Positions 29,888-40,285 of a DNA stretch of 55,500 bases are shown here, one piece after another. Each line of letters begins with the position of its first letter. The first letter of the stretch is position 1. The notes under the pieces were generated by a model that saw nothing but the letters and a program-made list of their open reading frames with translations, did no database searches and was not told where the DNA came from. Origin of the DNA: an uncultured Leuconostoc sp. (GTDB lineage: Bacteria > Bacillota > Bacilli > Lactobacillales > Lactobacillaceae). Position numbers and translations under genes: made by a program. The DNA is taken from NCBI RefSeq assembly GCF_946222815.1, contig NZ_CAMJRK010000001.1, positions 1 to 55,500 on the forward strand. The letters are read 5' to 3'.

Positions 29888-30742
29888 CTAAATCTTGCTG
29901 ACGCTGACTTGCTTTAGCACGGTCAACCATTGAATTAAAACATAACCAATCACTAGGATGGTTGCAATTAAATTTAACCAAATGAGTAGCACAATAATAG
30001 CGCTCATTGATTGATAGAAATTATACTGTTTGACAGCCAAATTAGTGTACCATGTAAAACCACTATTCAAAACGTTTAGCGCAACAACTTCTATAAGACT
30101 GCCAATAGCAACAAATCTCAACGGCGCACGGCCTTCCTTTGTTGGTAATAAATAATTCATCATGATCAACGCTAACCACATACCAAACCAAATTAACCAT
30201 CTTGTTTGATGCTGTAAAAAAGGCGTCCATGTATTACTCGGTATTTGTTGTAAGACGATTATTAATATATTACTGCCAATCATTAGCAGACCAAAAGCAG
30301 CAATAATAATCAACAACCAAATAAACGACCAGAACCGAGACAATAAATTACTAATACGATCTTCGACATCAGCAATACGATTAAATGATATTCGAAAAAC
30401 GGCAATCACTCTTGAAACTGTCCACAAAGTAAATAGTACAGAAAAAGATAGTAACGAGGTGCTCTTAGAAGATAGCACTGACTGTAAAATTGGTAAGACA
30501 ATTTTTTCAATATCTCTTGGTAACATATTTTGTATCAATGATATGATGTTTGTTTGACTAACATTCGTCATTGAGATAATGATCGCAGTGGCTATTAACA
30601 TAGGAAAAACAGTTAATAACGCAAAATAGGCAAAAGTTGGGCCAACATAACCAACTTGCGCACGTAAAAACAACGTCCCCAAAGTTGCTAATTGTAACTT
30701 TTTATCCAATTTTTGCCAAACTTGTTTCAATTGATTTAACAT
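29888..30742 (-). CDS. YihY/BrkB family membrane protein
   Basis: AYFALLTVFP, LWTVSRV..FNRI, LLIWLNL. Confidence 0.85.
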   Translation of the reverse strand: MLNQLKQVWQKLDKKLQLATLGTLFLRAQVGYVGPTFAYFALLTVFPMLIATAIIISMTNVSQTNIISLIQNMLPRDIEKIVLPILQSVLSSKSTSLLSFSVLFTLWTVSRVIAVFRISFNRIADVEDRISNLLSRFWSFIWLLIIIAAFGLLMIGSNILIIVLQQIPSNTWTPFLQHQTRWLIWFGMWLALIMMNYLLPTKEGRAPLRFVAIGSLIEVVALNVLNSGFTWYTNLAVKQYNFYQSMSAIIVLLIWLNLIATILVIGYVLIQWLTVLKQVSVSKI

Positions 30743-30789
30743 AACTCCATTATGCCAAATTTTTACGATGTGCGTCTTACAAAATTATT

Positions 30790-31494
30790 TTAGAATAGTT
30801 TTCCAATGCCATAATGTATTGCAATCGTAAGCAAACCAATAATAATATTACGAAGCATTGCACGCTTGACCAAACCATTAGACATTTTAGCACTCAACAA
30901 ACCTGTTAAACCAACAGCCACTACCGTAGCTGCTATCGTGGCAATAAATTGGTAACGTGTCGGTGACAAAATTAATGCTGCTAATGGAAATACACCCCCA
31001 ATTGCTGCACTAAATAGTGATGCCCAAGCCGCAGACCAAGGATTCATATAATGACCTAAAGTGATATCATACTTAGTACTCAACATTGTTTCCAAGGGTT
31101 TTTTATTCAGTAATTCATCTGCAATGGCTTTAGCCGTTGATCGTGTTACCCCACGGTCAACATAAAAATTTTCAACTGACTGATGTTGTCTAGCAAAATC
31201 TGTTCTTAATAGTTCACGCTCTTGTTCAACAACAACCTTTTCGCTGTCTGACTGCGAACTCACCGAAGCATATTCACCCGAAGCCATTGATAAGGCGCAG
31301 GCCATTAAATCAGCTAAACCTGCAATGAAAATAGCAAAATTGTTTGTTGTTGCCGCTGCAACCGAAAATAGCACACCAACAACTGTTAAAATACCATCAT
31401 TTGAACCCAAAACGCCAGCACGAATAGCATTTAACCGTTCATCCATTGTCGCTTGTTCTTTTTTGACGTGTTCTTTTTTAAGCTTTATATCCAT
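30790..31494 (-). CDS. VIT1/CCC1 family Fe/Mn transporter (copy 2)
   Basis: RAGVLGSNDG, SMASGEYASVSSQ. Confidence 0.92.
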   Translation of the reverse strand: MDIKLKKEHVKKEQATMDERLNAIRAGVLGSNDGILTVVGVLFSVAAATTNNFAIFIAGLADLMACALSMASGEYASVSSQSDSEKVVVEQERELLRTDFARQHQSVENFYVDRGVTRSTAKAIADELLNKKPLETMLSTKYDITLGHYMNPWSAAWASLFSAAIGGVFPLAALILSPTRYQFIATIAATVVAVGLTGLLSAKMSNGLVKRAMLRNIIIGLLTIAIHYGIGKLF

Positions 31495-31542
31495 GTTTTT
31501 AACTGTGCTTATAATTTTTAATTAACTAAAAGCACCCTCCTC

Positions 31543-32220
31543 TCATCTAAATAATGTCCCAATTGCATAAGTGACAATCATTGTAAATATACCAGCGACA
31601 ACATTTCTTAGCGCCACACGTTTTTTATTAGCACCATTTAGAGATGCTGATGCATATCCTGTTATAGCTAATGCAATAATGACTGCAATAAAAGTTGCTA
31701 CTTCACGCATATTCTTTGGCGTTAATGAAATAGCTACCATTGGCAAAATAGAACCAATTGGGAAGCTAATTAACGACGCTAAGGCCGCCCCACCTGCACT
31801 TAATTCATGATCTAATGAAAAGCCGTAACGTTCACGTACAGTGGTTGTTAAAGCGTCTTTTGTCATCATTTCTTCAGTAGCTTGTTGCGCTAAATGTGGT
31901 GAAATGCCATCAGCCACATATTTTTTTGTCACATAAGAAAATTCGCCGTTATAATCTGTTGCAAGCGCGTCTGTTTGAACCCGCCTTACCTTCTCTTGTG
32001 CATCATGCTGTGAGCTGACTGACACATACTCACCCATTGCCATCGATACCGTACCTGCTAGCATCCCTGCAAATCCTGCTAATAAAATCGTATCAGTATG
32101 GCTTGTAGCCCCAGCTACACCTAAAACAATACCAGACACTGATAAAATACCATCGTTTGCACCCATAACTGCAGCTCTAATTAAATTGTTACGTTGCATT
32201 AAACTTTGTTTATCCATCAT
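31543..32220 (-). CDS. VIT1/CCC1 family Fe/Mn transporter (copy 1)
   Basis: RAAVMGANDG, SMAMGEYVSVSSQ. Confidence 0.92.
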   Translation of the reverse strand: MMDKQSLMQRNNLIRAAVMGANDGILSVSGIVLGVAGATSHTDTILLAGFAGMLAGTVSMAMGEYVSVSSQHDAQEKVRRVQTDALATDYNGEFSYVTKKYVADGISPHLAQQATEEMMTKDALTTTVRERYGFSLDHELSAGGAALASLISFPIGSILPMVAISLTPKNMREVATFIAVIIALAITGYASASLNGANKKRVALRNVVAGIFTMIVTYAIGTLFR

Positions 32221-32229
32221 TTCCCTCTT

Positions 32230-32297
32230 TTAGAATTATTCTAACTTATTTATACCAAATTTTAAAGAAAAAATCAAGTTAATTAGAAACATTCTAT
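32230..32297. promoter_or_regulatory. Two Per/Fur-type boxes in the VIT-perR divergent promoter
   Basis: TTAGAATTATTCTAA (32230-32244, perfect 7-1-7) and TTAGAAACATTCTAT (32283-32297). Confidence 0.8.
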
Positions 32298-32337
32298 AGT
32301 ACGTGGTATAATATTTTATAACATAGGAGGCTATATT

Positions 32338-32745
32338 ATGGCAGACAAAACGCTACGTGACATACTACAGGCTCACGGTTTAAAAGCAACTTTTCAACGA
32401 TTGTCAATTTTAGACTACCTAATGACACATGAAACACATCCAACAGCAGAGATGATTCATGCTGATCTTAGTGACATTAGTCTAGCAACCATATATAACA
32501 CACTTGATAAATTAGTCGATGTTGGTATTATTATTGTAATTGATACACTTAAAGATGATAAACGCCATTATGATTACTATGGTGAGCCACATTATCATAT
32601 TATTAACAGCAACACAAACGAAATTATCGACGCAGATAATTTCGATGTCGCGCCACTGTTTGAAGCTGCCCGTCAAGTCAGTGGGTTAAACATTACTGGA
32701 TTTCATATTGAAATCTACGGTGTTGATCCTGATCAAGCAAAATAA
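32338..32745 (+). CDS. perR: Fur-family regulator, PerR-like
   Basis: HPTAE, SLATIYNTL, RHYD, PHYH, IID; no cysteines. Confidence 0.8.
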   Translation: MADKTLRDILQAHGLKATFQRLSILDYLMTHETHPTAEMIHADLSDISLATIYNTLDKLVDVGIIIVIDTLKDDKRHYDYYGEPHYHIINSNTNEIIDADNFDVAPLFEAARQVSGLNITGFHIEIYGVDPDQAK

Positions 32746-32757
32746 TGACAATCACAT

Positions 32758-32796
32758 AAAAAACGTCAACAGCATTAGATGCTGTTGACGTTTTTA
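32758..32796. terminator. Bidirectional terminator
   Basis: AAAAAACGTCAACAGCAT..ATGCTGTTGACGTTTTT. Confidence 0.85.
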
Positions 32797-32843
32797 TAAT
32801 TATTCTTAATACAACATAACTCATTTTCAAAATGCACTCAAAT

Positions 32844-33287
32844 TTACATACCTGAGTTCATAATTTTAGCGACTGCTGTATGAATTTTTTCAAGATATAC
32901 TGATTGATCTTGTTCTGATTTTTCGTATTTTTGTGCATCAATTGTTTGATCAGCAACGATCACAGCATCAGCCATTAATTGTGTGGCTTCAGCATATTTC
33001 ACGTAAGCTGATGTTAATGATTTGTGCACGCCAAGTAAACGAATAGGTGCTGATGCAGCGGTAAGCTGTGTTGCATTATTTTTGTAATTTTCTACCGTAT
33101 CTTCAAACTCCGCTTTAATTTCAGCGAACTCTGCCGTTGGTATTTCTGCAACTTTATCAGCTTGTTTCGCATCGTCTAACTTTGTAAAGAATGGCGTCAC
33201 ACGCGTTGCCGTTTCTTCAGTATTTGTTAGCACGTTTTGTAACGTCTGAATGTACATTTGTGCTTGCTTTGGGTTGAATTTTGCCAA
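32844..33287 (-). CDS. Hypothetical helical protein
   Basis: 147-aa ORF 8 bp downstream of the ATPase; TTG start. Confidence 0.75.
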   Translation of the reverse strand: MAKFNPKQAQMYIQTLQNVLTNTEETATRVTPFFTKLDDAKQADKVAEIPTAEFAEIKAEFEDTVENYKNNATQLTAASAPIRLLGVHKSLTSAYVKYAEATQLMADAVIVADQTIDAQKYEKSEQDQSVYLEKIHTAVAKIMNSGM

Positions 33288-33295
33288 TGTCTTAA

Positions 33296-35959
33296 TTATC
33301 CTTTTTTAAATATACGTCGTTGAATTAATTTCACGAGTTCCACTATAAGTATAATACTTATTCCCGCAAATAGCACGATTGCCCACTGGTAACTATCCAA
33401 ATGCGATACATGGAATACAGGGTTTAGTGCTGGAATGACAACAACTGCTGCCATAACAACCAGTGACCCAAGTAATGCCAAATTAAATAGTTTGTTTTGG
33501 AATGCCTGTTTTCCAAGCATTGAGCCATAAACTGACTTGACGTTAATAGCATTAAACATCTGCATGAGACCTAATGTCATAAATGACATTGTCAATGCAT
33601 CGCGATGTGCTTCTGCGTCAGCTAGATGCACTGGGTAGGCTAATGCAAAGCCGTAAACTGATAATACAATCACTGCTTGCAGGATGCCTTGCCAGACAAT
33701 TGCTGCCCCAACACCACCTGATAAGAAGCTTGCGCTACGTCCTCGTGGTTTTTGTGTCATCACATCTTTTTGTGCCGGCTCAACGCCTAAAGCAATAGCG
33801 GGCAACGTATCTGTGACTAAATTAATCCATAAAATCATGATTGGTGCTAAGATATTCCAACCCAACAGTGTCATCACAAAGATCGAAATGACTTCAGCCA
33901 AATTCGATGCTAGTAGATACTGTAGTGCCTTTTGTATGTTAGCAAAAACTTTTCGTCCTTCTTCAACAGCATGGACAATTGTTGCAAAGTTATCATCAGC
34001 CAAAACCATGTCTGAAGCACCCTTTGATACTTCTGTACCTGTGATACCCATGGCGATACCAATGTCTGCTGTTTTCAGTGCGGGTGCATCATTGACACCA
34101 TCACCAGTCATGGCTACAACTTTGCCCTTCTTTTGCCAAGCACTGACAATTTTAACTTTATGCTCTGGTGCAACACGTGCATAGACACTGTACTTATGAA
34201 CATTTGCCGCGAACTCATCTTCTGTCATATTGTCTAAGTCAGAACCGGAAATGACAGCAGTTTCTTTATCTTTTTCATCCAATATACCAAGACGAATCGC
34301 AATGGCGGCAGCCGTATCACGATGATCACCTGTGATCATCATTGAGCGAATGCCTGCTTTTTTAGCCTCAGCCACAGCTTGTGCAACTTCTGGACGTTCT
34401 GGATCAATCAAACCAGTAAATCCAGTAAAGACTAAGTCATTTTCGACTGCTTCTGATGTCATCTCTTCTGGTAATGCATCAGACAATTTATAAGCAAATC
34501 CTAATACTCGTAAAGCTTGAGTTGCTAATTCTGAATTAATTGATAATAATTTAGCGCGAATATCATCTGAAAGGGGCACAATATTGCCAGCCATTTCAAT
34601 CTTTGTGGCCCGCTTCAATAGTTCATCTGGTGCACCTTTAACAGTTATAATATAACCATTTGGCGCCGGATGAACTGTAGACATTAACTTACGCTCTGAA
34701 TCAAACGGTATCTCTGCTAAACGTGGCATTTCACTAAATAATGTATCAATGTCACGATGATGGTTTTCGTTGAAGGCGATTAAAGCTGTTTCTGTAGGAT
34801 CACCAATATAACCATTTTCCGTACGTTTCGTATCATTATTTAAAGCTAAAATATCTGCCAAACGGCCGACTGTACCTGTTAGAGGTTCCGTTGTAGCCGC
34901 ATCGGATATTTCGGCATTAACAACAATCTTTTCAACCGTCATTTTGTTCTGGGTTAATGTCCCTGTTTTGTCAGAACCAATAATATCAGTGGAACCTAAT
35001 GTTTCAACAGCAGGTAGTTTACGTATCAAAGCATGACGTGCTGCCATACGAGTTGTGCCAAGTGCTAATGTAATTGTCACAATAGCAGGTAATCCTTCAG
35101 GAATAGCTGCCACAGCTAATGAAATCGATGTCAACAGCATATCAATAATTGTCTCTCGACCACGTGCTAAGCCAACAACGAAGGTAATAGCAGCAATGAC
35201 CAAAATCAAGTAAGTTAATATACGACCTAATTTAATCAGGTTTTCTTGTAATGGTGTCTTAGTGTCATCTGCAGATTCCAACATGCCTGCAATATGGCCC
35301 ATTTCCGTTGCCATACCTACGCCAACAACAACCCCAATACCACGGCCATAAGTGACATTTGTATTCATAAAGCCAAGATTTGTACGATCTCCCAATGGCA
35401 AATCAGTATCTGATAAGGTTGTCGCCACTTTATCAACTGGGACAGATTCGCCTGTTAATGACGCTTCTTCTATTTGTAATGAGGCAGATTCGATAATACG
35501 AATATCAGCAGGTACAATGTCACCAGCTTCTAAACGGACCACATCCCCTGTTACTAATTCTGTTGATTTGACAGACATTTCTTTGCCATCACGAATCACA
35601 TTAGCATTAGGCGTGGACATTTCTTTTAAGGCATTAATCGCATCTTCTGCCTTTGCTTCTTGAAAGACACCAAAAACAGCATTGATAATCACGATCGCTA
35701 AAATAAAGATGGCATCCACTAATTCACCAGTAAAAGCTGCCACAACAGCTGCTACTAATAAAATTGCAATCATAAAATCTTTAAATTGATTAATGAATTT
35801 TTGAAAAAGTGTGGTTGAAACGGCTTCTTTCAGTTGATTCGGACCATCTGCCAGAAAGCGTTTGGTGGCCTCGGCCTGTGTCAAACCCTTTTTTTCATCT
35901 GTTCGTAAATCAGACAGTACTTTCGTGATCTCTTGATTATATAATGGCTGTTCTGCCAT
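33296..35959 (-). CDS. P-type (IIA, Ca2+/Mn2+) cation-transporting ATPase
   Basis: TGES, IPEGL, DKTGTLT, GDGVNDAP, WINLVTD. Confidence 0.95.
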   Translation of the reverse strand: MAEQPLYNQEITKVLSDLRTDEKKGLTQAEATKRFLADGPNQLKEAVSTTLFQKFINQFKDFMIAILLVAAVVAAFTGELVDAIFILAIVIINAVFGVFQEAKAEDAINALKEMSTPNANVIRDGKEMSVKSTELVTGDVVRLEAGDIVPADIRIIESASLQIEEASLTGESVPVDKVATTLSDTDLPLGDRTNLGFMNTNVTYGRGIGVVVGVGMATEMGHIAGMLESADDTKTPLQENLIKLGRILTYLILVIAAITFVVGLARGRETIIDMLLTSISLAVAAIPEGLPAIVTITLALGTTRMAARHALIRKLPAVETLGSTDIIGSDKTGTLTQNKMTVEKIVVNAEISDAATTEPLTGTVGRLADILALNNDTKRTENGYIGDPTETALIAFNENHHRDIDTLFSEMPRLAEIPFDSERKLMSTVHPAPNGYIITVKGAPDELLKRATKIEMAGNIVPLSDDIRAKLLSINSELATQALRVLGFAYKLSDALPEEMTSEAVENDLVFTGFTGLIDPERPEVAQAVAEAKKAGIRSMMITGDHRDTAAAIAIRLGILDEKDKETAVISGSDLDNMTEDEFAANVHKYSVYARVAPEHKVKIVSAWQKKGKVVAMTGDGVNDAPALKTADIGIAMGITGTEVSKGASDMVLADDNFATIVHAVEEGRKVFANIQKALQYLLASNLAEVISIFVMTLLGWNILAPIMILWINLVTDTLPAIALGVEPAQKDVMTQKPRGRSASFLSGGVGAAIVWQGILQAVIVLSVYGFALAYPVHLADAEAHRDALTMSFMTLGLMQMFNAINVKSVYGSMLGKQAFQNKLFNLALLGSLVVMAAVVVIPALNPVFHVSHLDSYQWAIVLFAGISIILIVELVKLIQRRIFKKG

Positions 35960-36009
35960 AACTTCCTCCTACGCACACTGCGCCCTATACTCTGTGGGTT
36001 ACTTCAAAT

Positions 36010-36168
36010 AAAAAAACTCTTGCAAATGTAGCTGGCACAAATTTGTGCCAACCATTTACATGAGTCTCACCATTTAAGATAATACCGGAACTAATTGTTC
36101 GATATAAGCAACAAAAAGTTGCTCGCTTTGACGGTATTATCGCGGAAAATCCGCCAGTTACTCCCTCA
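36010..36168 (-). promoter_or_regulatory. yybP-ykoY Mn2+ riboswitch with terminator
   Basis: GAGGGAGUAAC..GAUAAUACCGUCAA..CCGGUAUUAUC..GGUGAGACUC, then a long hairpin and U7; classic position before a P-type ATPase. Confidence 0.9.
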
Positions 36169-36256
36169 GGAATTTATTATAAGCCCATTGTACCAAAACA
36201 CACAGTTCGACGCAAGTTTTGAATGGTCGCTATTCTGATAATATAGCTGATCAGTC

Positions 36257-38101
36257 TCAAAAAGCGCCGCCACCGCCACCACCGCCGCCGCCAGAATAGC
36301 CACCAGAAAAACTACCGCCATTACCGGAAACATTGCTTTCAAAACTAGCATTTGTTTGAATGTTATTCGCCAAATTCACTGACCAATTGGCACCAAAACT
36401 ACTATATATCATATATACTGGCAAATTGATTCCTGACATATTCTCATTTTCAGCCCAAAGTTTGAGTGTTTTTGCTACCTGATTTGCCTCACCAAAAATA
36501 ACGGCATAAGCCAATAATTTATCCCATAACTGTACATCAAGTACTGTTTTGTCATCAAGATTTGCAATATCGTGCAACATAGCTGCAAAACCTGTCCACT
36601 GCCATTTTTCAGTGACACCATCGGGCACAGTGAAGAATGTCGTTGATTGTTGCCCTATAATCAGCAATCCTACAAGTCCTATGATAAACATACTACCCGC
36701 CACTAACCATAATTGCCAAATATCACTATAGTTAGCCATAAAAAGCAGTCCAATGATGGCACTGCCACCAACAATGCTTAGTAATGCCATTATCAAAATT
36801 TTAGTACACGTTATTTTATTTGTCATCACTGAATCAATTATGCTGTTTTTAGCTTCATCAGCGCTAATTTCGCGTTGAAACTTATTGATACCCTGATGAA
36901 TGCGTTTTGACACACGTGATTCTTGTTCTTGAAATTCATGTTGATACACAACCGCTCTTTTTTTGCCAAAAATCATATCAATCAGCACGACTTCAAATTG
37001 ACGTAAGCCGCTTTCGTCAACGACACAATAAGTTGCATTATCTATATCACTAATATTTTGATAAGTGATCGTCACTTTTTTGCGAGCAATCAAGTCCATC
37101 AGAGTAGCTACTATAACTTTAGAGACATCAGCTTGCTGTCTAATACGCGCATTAATTACTGCTGGGCCTATGTCATTTGGTATGTCATAAATGTGAACAG
37201 TGTCCATATTGATACCACTCTTTTGCTGTGCGTGTAGTAAATGATGACGAATTCGAAATTTGTACCAAATGGTTACTATAACCATAGCTATGAAAACAAT
37301 CGGTAGCACAATAAAGCCAAAAATAGCAATCAAACGCAGTGTCTTGTTATGCTTAATTGTTCGCTCTGCTTCTGTTTGCGATATGATTTTTGCACGGTGA
37401 CCAGATTGTATATTTGTATTCAACGGCGTTTGTGATTTATCAAAATAGGTATGTAATTCTAGTATCTGATTTGCTTTAACCCGCGCTGTTGTCACACGTA
37501 ATTGCGCACGCTTTTTATCGACAGTCAGGTGGCCATTTGAACTACCATGCACCCAACCTTTGAGTGTTTTTGCCGATTGATTAGGTAGGAATACAGTAAT
37601 TTTGACATTTTCTAATGTTTGATCCCAATTTGAAATAATTCGCCAATTGAGTTCAGAGACATCGTCCCAATTTATGATGAGATTTTGTAGTTGATAGGTA
37701 TATTTGACCGTTATATCGTCGTCTGCTTTAATTGGATAGTAGACCTTTTCTTGCACACTTGCGTTTGTTTTTGATGTCACGTACCCAATAGTTGCGTTGC
37801 CAACTCGCGGCGTAATTGGTTGCGCTTTTTCACCATTACGAGCAACAGTAATTGTTTGCAAACCACCCCACTGGTATGGTTTATTACCATTAACAGGTTT
37901 AGTTAAACTTTCTTTCAAATATACCCCATTCATATCATCATCAAACTTGTAAGTCACAGTCTTATCAATAGTGGCCGTACCATTTTCTGCAATGTGGACA
38001 TCTTGTTGGTAGTTTGTCACGCGATAATCAGCTTGCACGGTTTCCAAGCCAATTAATACTGTCAGTACTGCGGCAATTATAAATTTAATAAATGTCTTCA
38101 T
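36257..38101 (-). CDS. DUF2207 family membrane protein
   Basis: Signal peptide, ELNW, ATLMDLIARK, W..F, WDKLLAYAVIFG, C-terminal GGGGGGAF. Confidence 0.9.
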   Translation of the reverse strand: MKTFIKFIIAAVLTVLIGLETVQADYRVTNYQQDVHIAENGTATIDKTVTYKFDDDMNGVYLKESLTKPVNGNKPYQWGGLQTITVARNGEKAQPITPRVGNATIGYVTSKTNASVQEKVYYPIKADDDITVKYTYQLQNLIINWDDVSELNWRIISNWDQTLENVKITVFLPNQSAKTLKGWVHGSSNGHLTVDKKRAQLRVTTARVKANQILELHTYFDKSQTPLNTNIQSGHRAKIISQTEAERTIKHNKTLRLIAIFGFIVLPIVFIAMVIVTIWYKFRIRHHLLHAQQKSGINMDTVHIYDIPNDIGPAVINARIRQQADVSKVIVATLMDLIARKKVTITYQNISDIDNATYCVVDESGLRQFEVVLIDMIFGKKRAVVYQHEFQEQESRVSKRIHQGINKFQREISADEAKNSIIDSVMTNKITCTKILIMALLSIVGGSAIIGLLFMANYSDIWQLWLVAGSMFIIGLVGLLIIGQQSTTFFTVPDGVTEKWQWTGFAAMLHDIANLDDKTVLDVQLWDKLLAYAVIFGEANQVAKTLKLWAENENMSGINLPVYMIYSSFGANWSVNLANNIQTNASFESNVSGNGGSFSGGYSGGGGGGGGGAF

Positions 38102-38305
38102 ATTATCCCCTTATTGCTCATATTATAACAAAAACCAGCTTTCAAACCAATTAATTTACCTGTCTAACCATTGCTTTATTTAAAAAAATGTTACTTACCC
38201 AAAAAAAGCTACGCCATTAATCAAAATAGCGTAAAATAAGATAGTAAAATTTATTTGAAAGGAACAACAAAATCAACAGTGATGATTTTGTTTACACTTT
38301 TTATC

Positions 38306-38974
38306 ATGTCTGAAATCAGCACACATCCGATTCAAGAACGCCTGCCAATTGCCTTACTATTGGCTACCAATTCTGGTTTCGTTGATGCCTATACTTTTCA
38401 GTATCACGGCGAACGCTTTGCCAGCCTGCAGACGGGTAATATTATTCAAGCAGGTATCTCACTCGCCAGAGGCCAATTTAGTTATTCTACAAGTTTTCTC
38501 ATGCCAATCTTGTTTTTTTTGTTAGGGGCAGCCTTTAACAATGTTCTAAAACACACAGTCAAAGCCAAAAGATTATCCACACAACAGCATAGTTTGATGA
38601 TAGAAATAATTGGTATTAGCCTCGTTGTCTTTATTCGTACACAGATATCTAGTACCACATTCATTACCTTATTATCTTTTTTCTTAGCTATGCAACTAGA
38701 TGCCTTTCCAAAAGTGAAAGGTTTACCGTTTACTAGTGTCATGTCAACAGGTAATTTACGTAATGTCGGTGCTAATTTAATCACTTATTTTTATACAAAA
38801 AATAGAACAAATTTACACAATGCTAATTTATTTTCATTAATTATTCTAGCATTTTTATTTGGCGCCTTTTTATCAGCGCTAATGTCAACTTATCTTAATC
38901 ACTTCACATTACTTGGTTCGAGTGTTATTTTAATCACTATTTTCGGTTTACTTTTTGATTATTCAAAAAAGTAG
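38306..38974 (+). CDS. YoaK / DUF1275 family membrane protein
   Basis: SGFVDAYTF, ASLQTGN, TSVMSTGNLR; probable start MSEIS at 38306. Confidence 0.88.
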   Translation: MSEISTHPIQERLPIALLLATNSGFVDAYTFQYHGERFASLQTGNIIQAGISLARGQFSYSTSFLMPILFFLLGAAFNNVLKHTVKAKRLSTQQHSLMIEIIGISLVVFIRTQISSTTFITLLSFFLAMQLDAFPKVKGLPFTSVMSTGNLRNVGANLITYFYTKNRTNLHNANLFSLIILAFLFGAFLSALMSTYLNHFTLLGSSVILITIFGLLFDYSKK

Positions 38975-39029
38975 TTGACAAATCTTAAGCTTATGAGTAT
39001 TATAGAGTTTAACGATTTTAGAAATAAAC

Positions 39030-39318
39030 AAGTTGAACAGAAAAGTAACAATTAAGCAAAGCCTAGAAAGCTAATGGTTGATGTAAATTAGCGTGCGTGC
39101 AATTGTGAAAATGACCTGTGATTGGTGTTAACGAATTGGTTTACCATTTAGTTAACAACGGTTTGGCCCACGTTACTGGGCACACCATTCGGCTAGGATC
39201 ATCTCCCGATGCCCGATGGTTAGTGAGCAAGCTTCTAGTAATATTAGCTGACAACTCAGAATGGTAACGCGCTTTTTTAGCCGCTTCTGTATTTAAGTAT
39301 ACAGTAGCGGCTTTTTTG
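39030..39318 (+). promoter_or_regulatory. Met-specific T-box riboswitch
   Basis: Stem I with GAAAG/GGUUGAUG, specifier AUG at 39111-39113, T-box AGAAUGGUAACGCG (39258-39271) pairing with CGCUUCU, terminator at 39279-39318; promoter TTGACA-17-TATTAT. Confidence 0.9.
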
Positions 39319-39397
39319 TGCCACATTACTGTATGTGACTTGTTTATTTTTAAAATCTATCGTGCATCATTACAAAAAAATATTTGGGAGAAAAATT

Positions 39398-40249
39398 ATG
39401 AGTAAATTAACAAATTGGGTTATTGGTGGCGTAACTGTCGTTGTCATTGGTGGCATCGCCTATGCTACCTTTGGCCACAAATCTGCTACAAAATCAGATA
39501 ACAAAACCGTCACAGTCGGTATTATGTCAGGTTCAAAACAAGATACTGCCATCTGGGATTCAGTATCTAAAACAGCCAAAGATACGTATGGCATTACCTT
39601 GAAATTCAAACAATTTTCAGACTACAATCAACCAAACAAATCCTTAGCTGCGGGCGATATTGATATTAACGCGTTCCAGCACTATGCCTTCTTAGACGCA
39701 TCAAACAAGGCAACTGGCGATAAGATTGTTTCAATAGGCGACACTGTTATCTCACCTATTCGTTTATATTCAAACACCTACAAGAAAGTATCAGAATACA
39801 AGACAGGTGATACCATTGTTGTACCAAATGACACGTCAAATGAAAGTCGATCATTGTATGTTTTGAAGGCTGCTGGACTAATTGACTTGAAATCTGGTTT
39901 AACCACAGCAACGGTTAAAGATATTACTAAAAATCCAAAAGCATTAAAAATTAAAGAATTAGCTGCTGATCAAACTGCACGATCATTATCAGATGTGCAG
40001 GGGGCAGTCGTTAACGGCACGTACGCAGATACTGCTGGCTTAGACTATAAAAAAGCAATATTTGTTGAACCAATTAATAAAAATTCTCATCAATGGGTTA
40101 ATATTATAGCGGCTAAAAATTCTGACAAGGATAAGCAAGTCTTGAAAGATGTTGTTAAGTCATATCATACACAAACAACTAAAGATGCTATAAACAAGGC
40201 CTATGATGGTGTTGAACTTGCTGCTTGGGACACCGATTTTAGTAAATAA
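39398..40249 (+). CDS. metQ: MetQ/NlpA methionine-binding protein 1
   Basis: FSDYNQPN, DINAFQH, PNDTSNESR, WVNIIA; start after GGGAG. Confidence 0.9.
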   Translation: MSKLTNWVIGGVTVVVIGGIAYATFGHKSATKSDNKTVTVGIMSGSKQDTAIWDSVSKTAKDTYGITLKFKQFSDYNQPNKSLAAGDIDINAFQHYAFLDASNKATGDKIVSIGDTVISPIRLYSNTYKKVSEYKTGDTIVVPNDTSNESRSLYVLKAAGLIDLKSGLTTATVKDITKNPKALKIKELAADQTARSLSDVQGAVVNGTYADTAGLDYKKAIFVEPINKNSHQWVNIIAAKNSDKDKQVLKDVVKSYHTQTTKDAINKAYDGVELAAWDTDFSK

Positions 40250-40285
40250 TCGTACCCTACCTACACATTAAAATGGAGACTAATT

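Noticed and set aside
36264..36320. GC-rich CCG/CCA repeat tract
   Set aside because: Encodes the normal Gly-rich C-terminus of DUF2207; not a repeat element. The 61-aa ORF 36166-36351 is a shadow frame.
39141..39397. ORF 39141-39326 and the 5' extension of metQ to 39335
   Set aside because: The ORF lies antisense within the T-box RNA; the SD supports a metQ start at 39398
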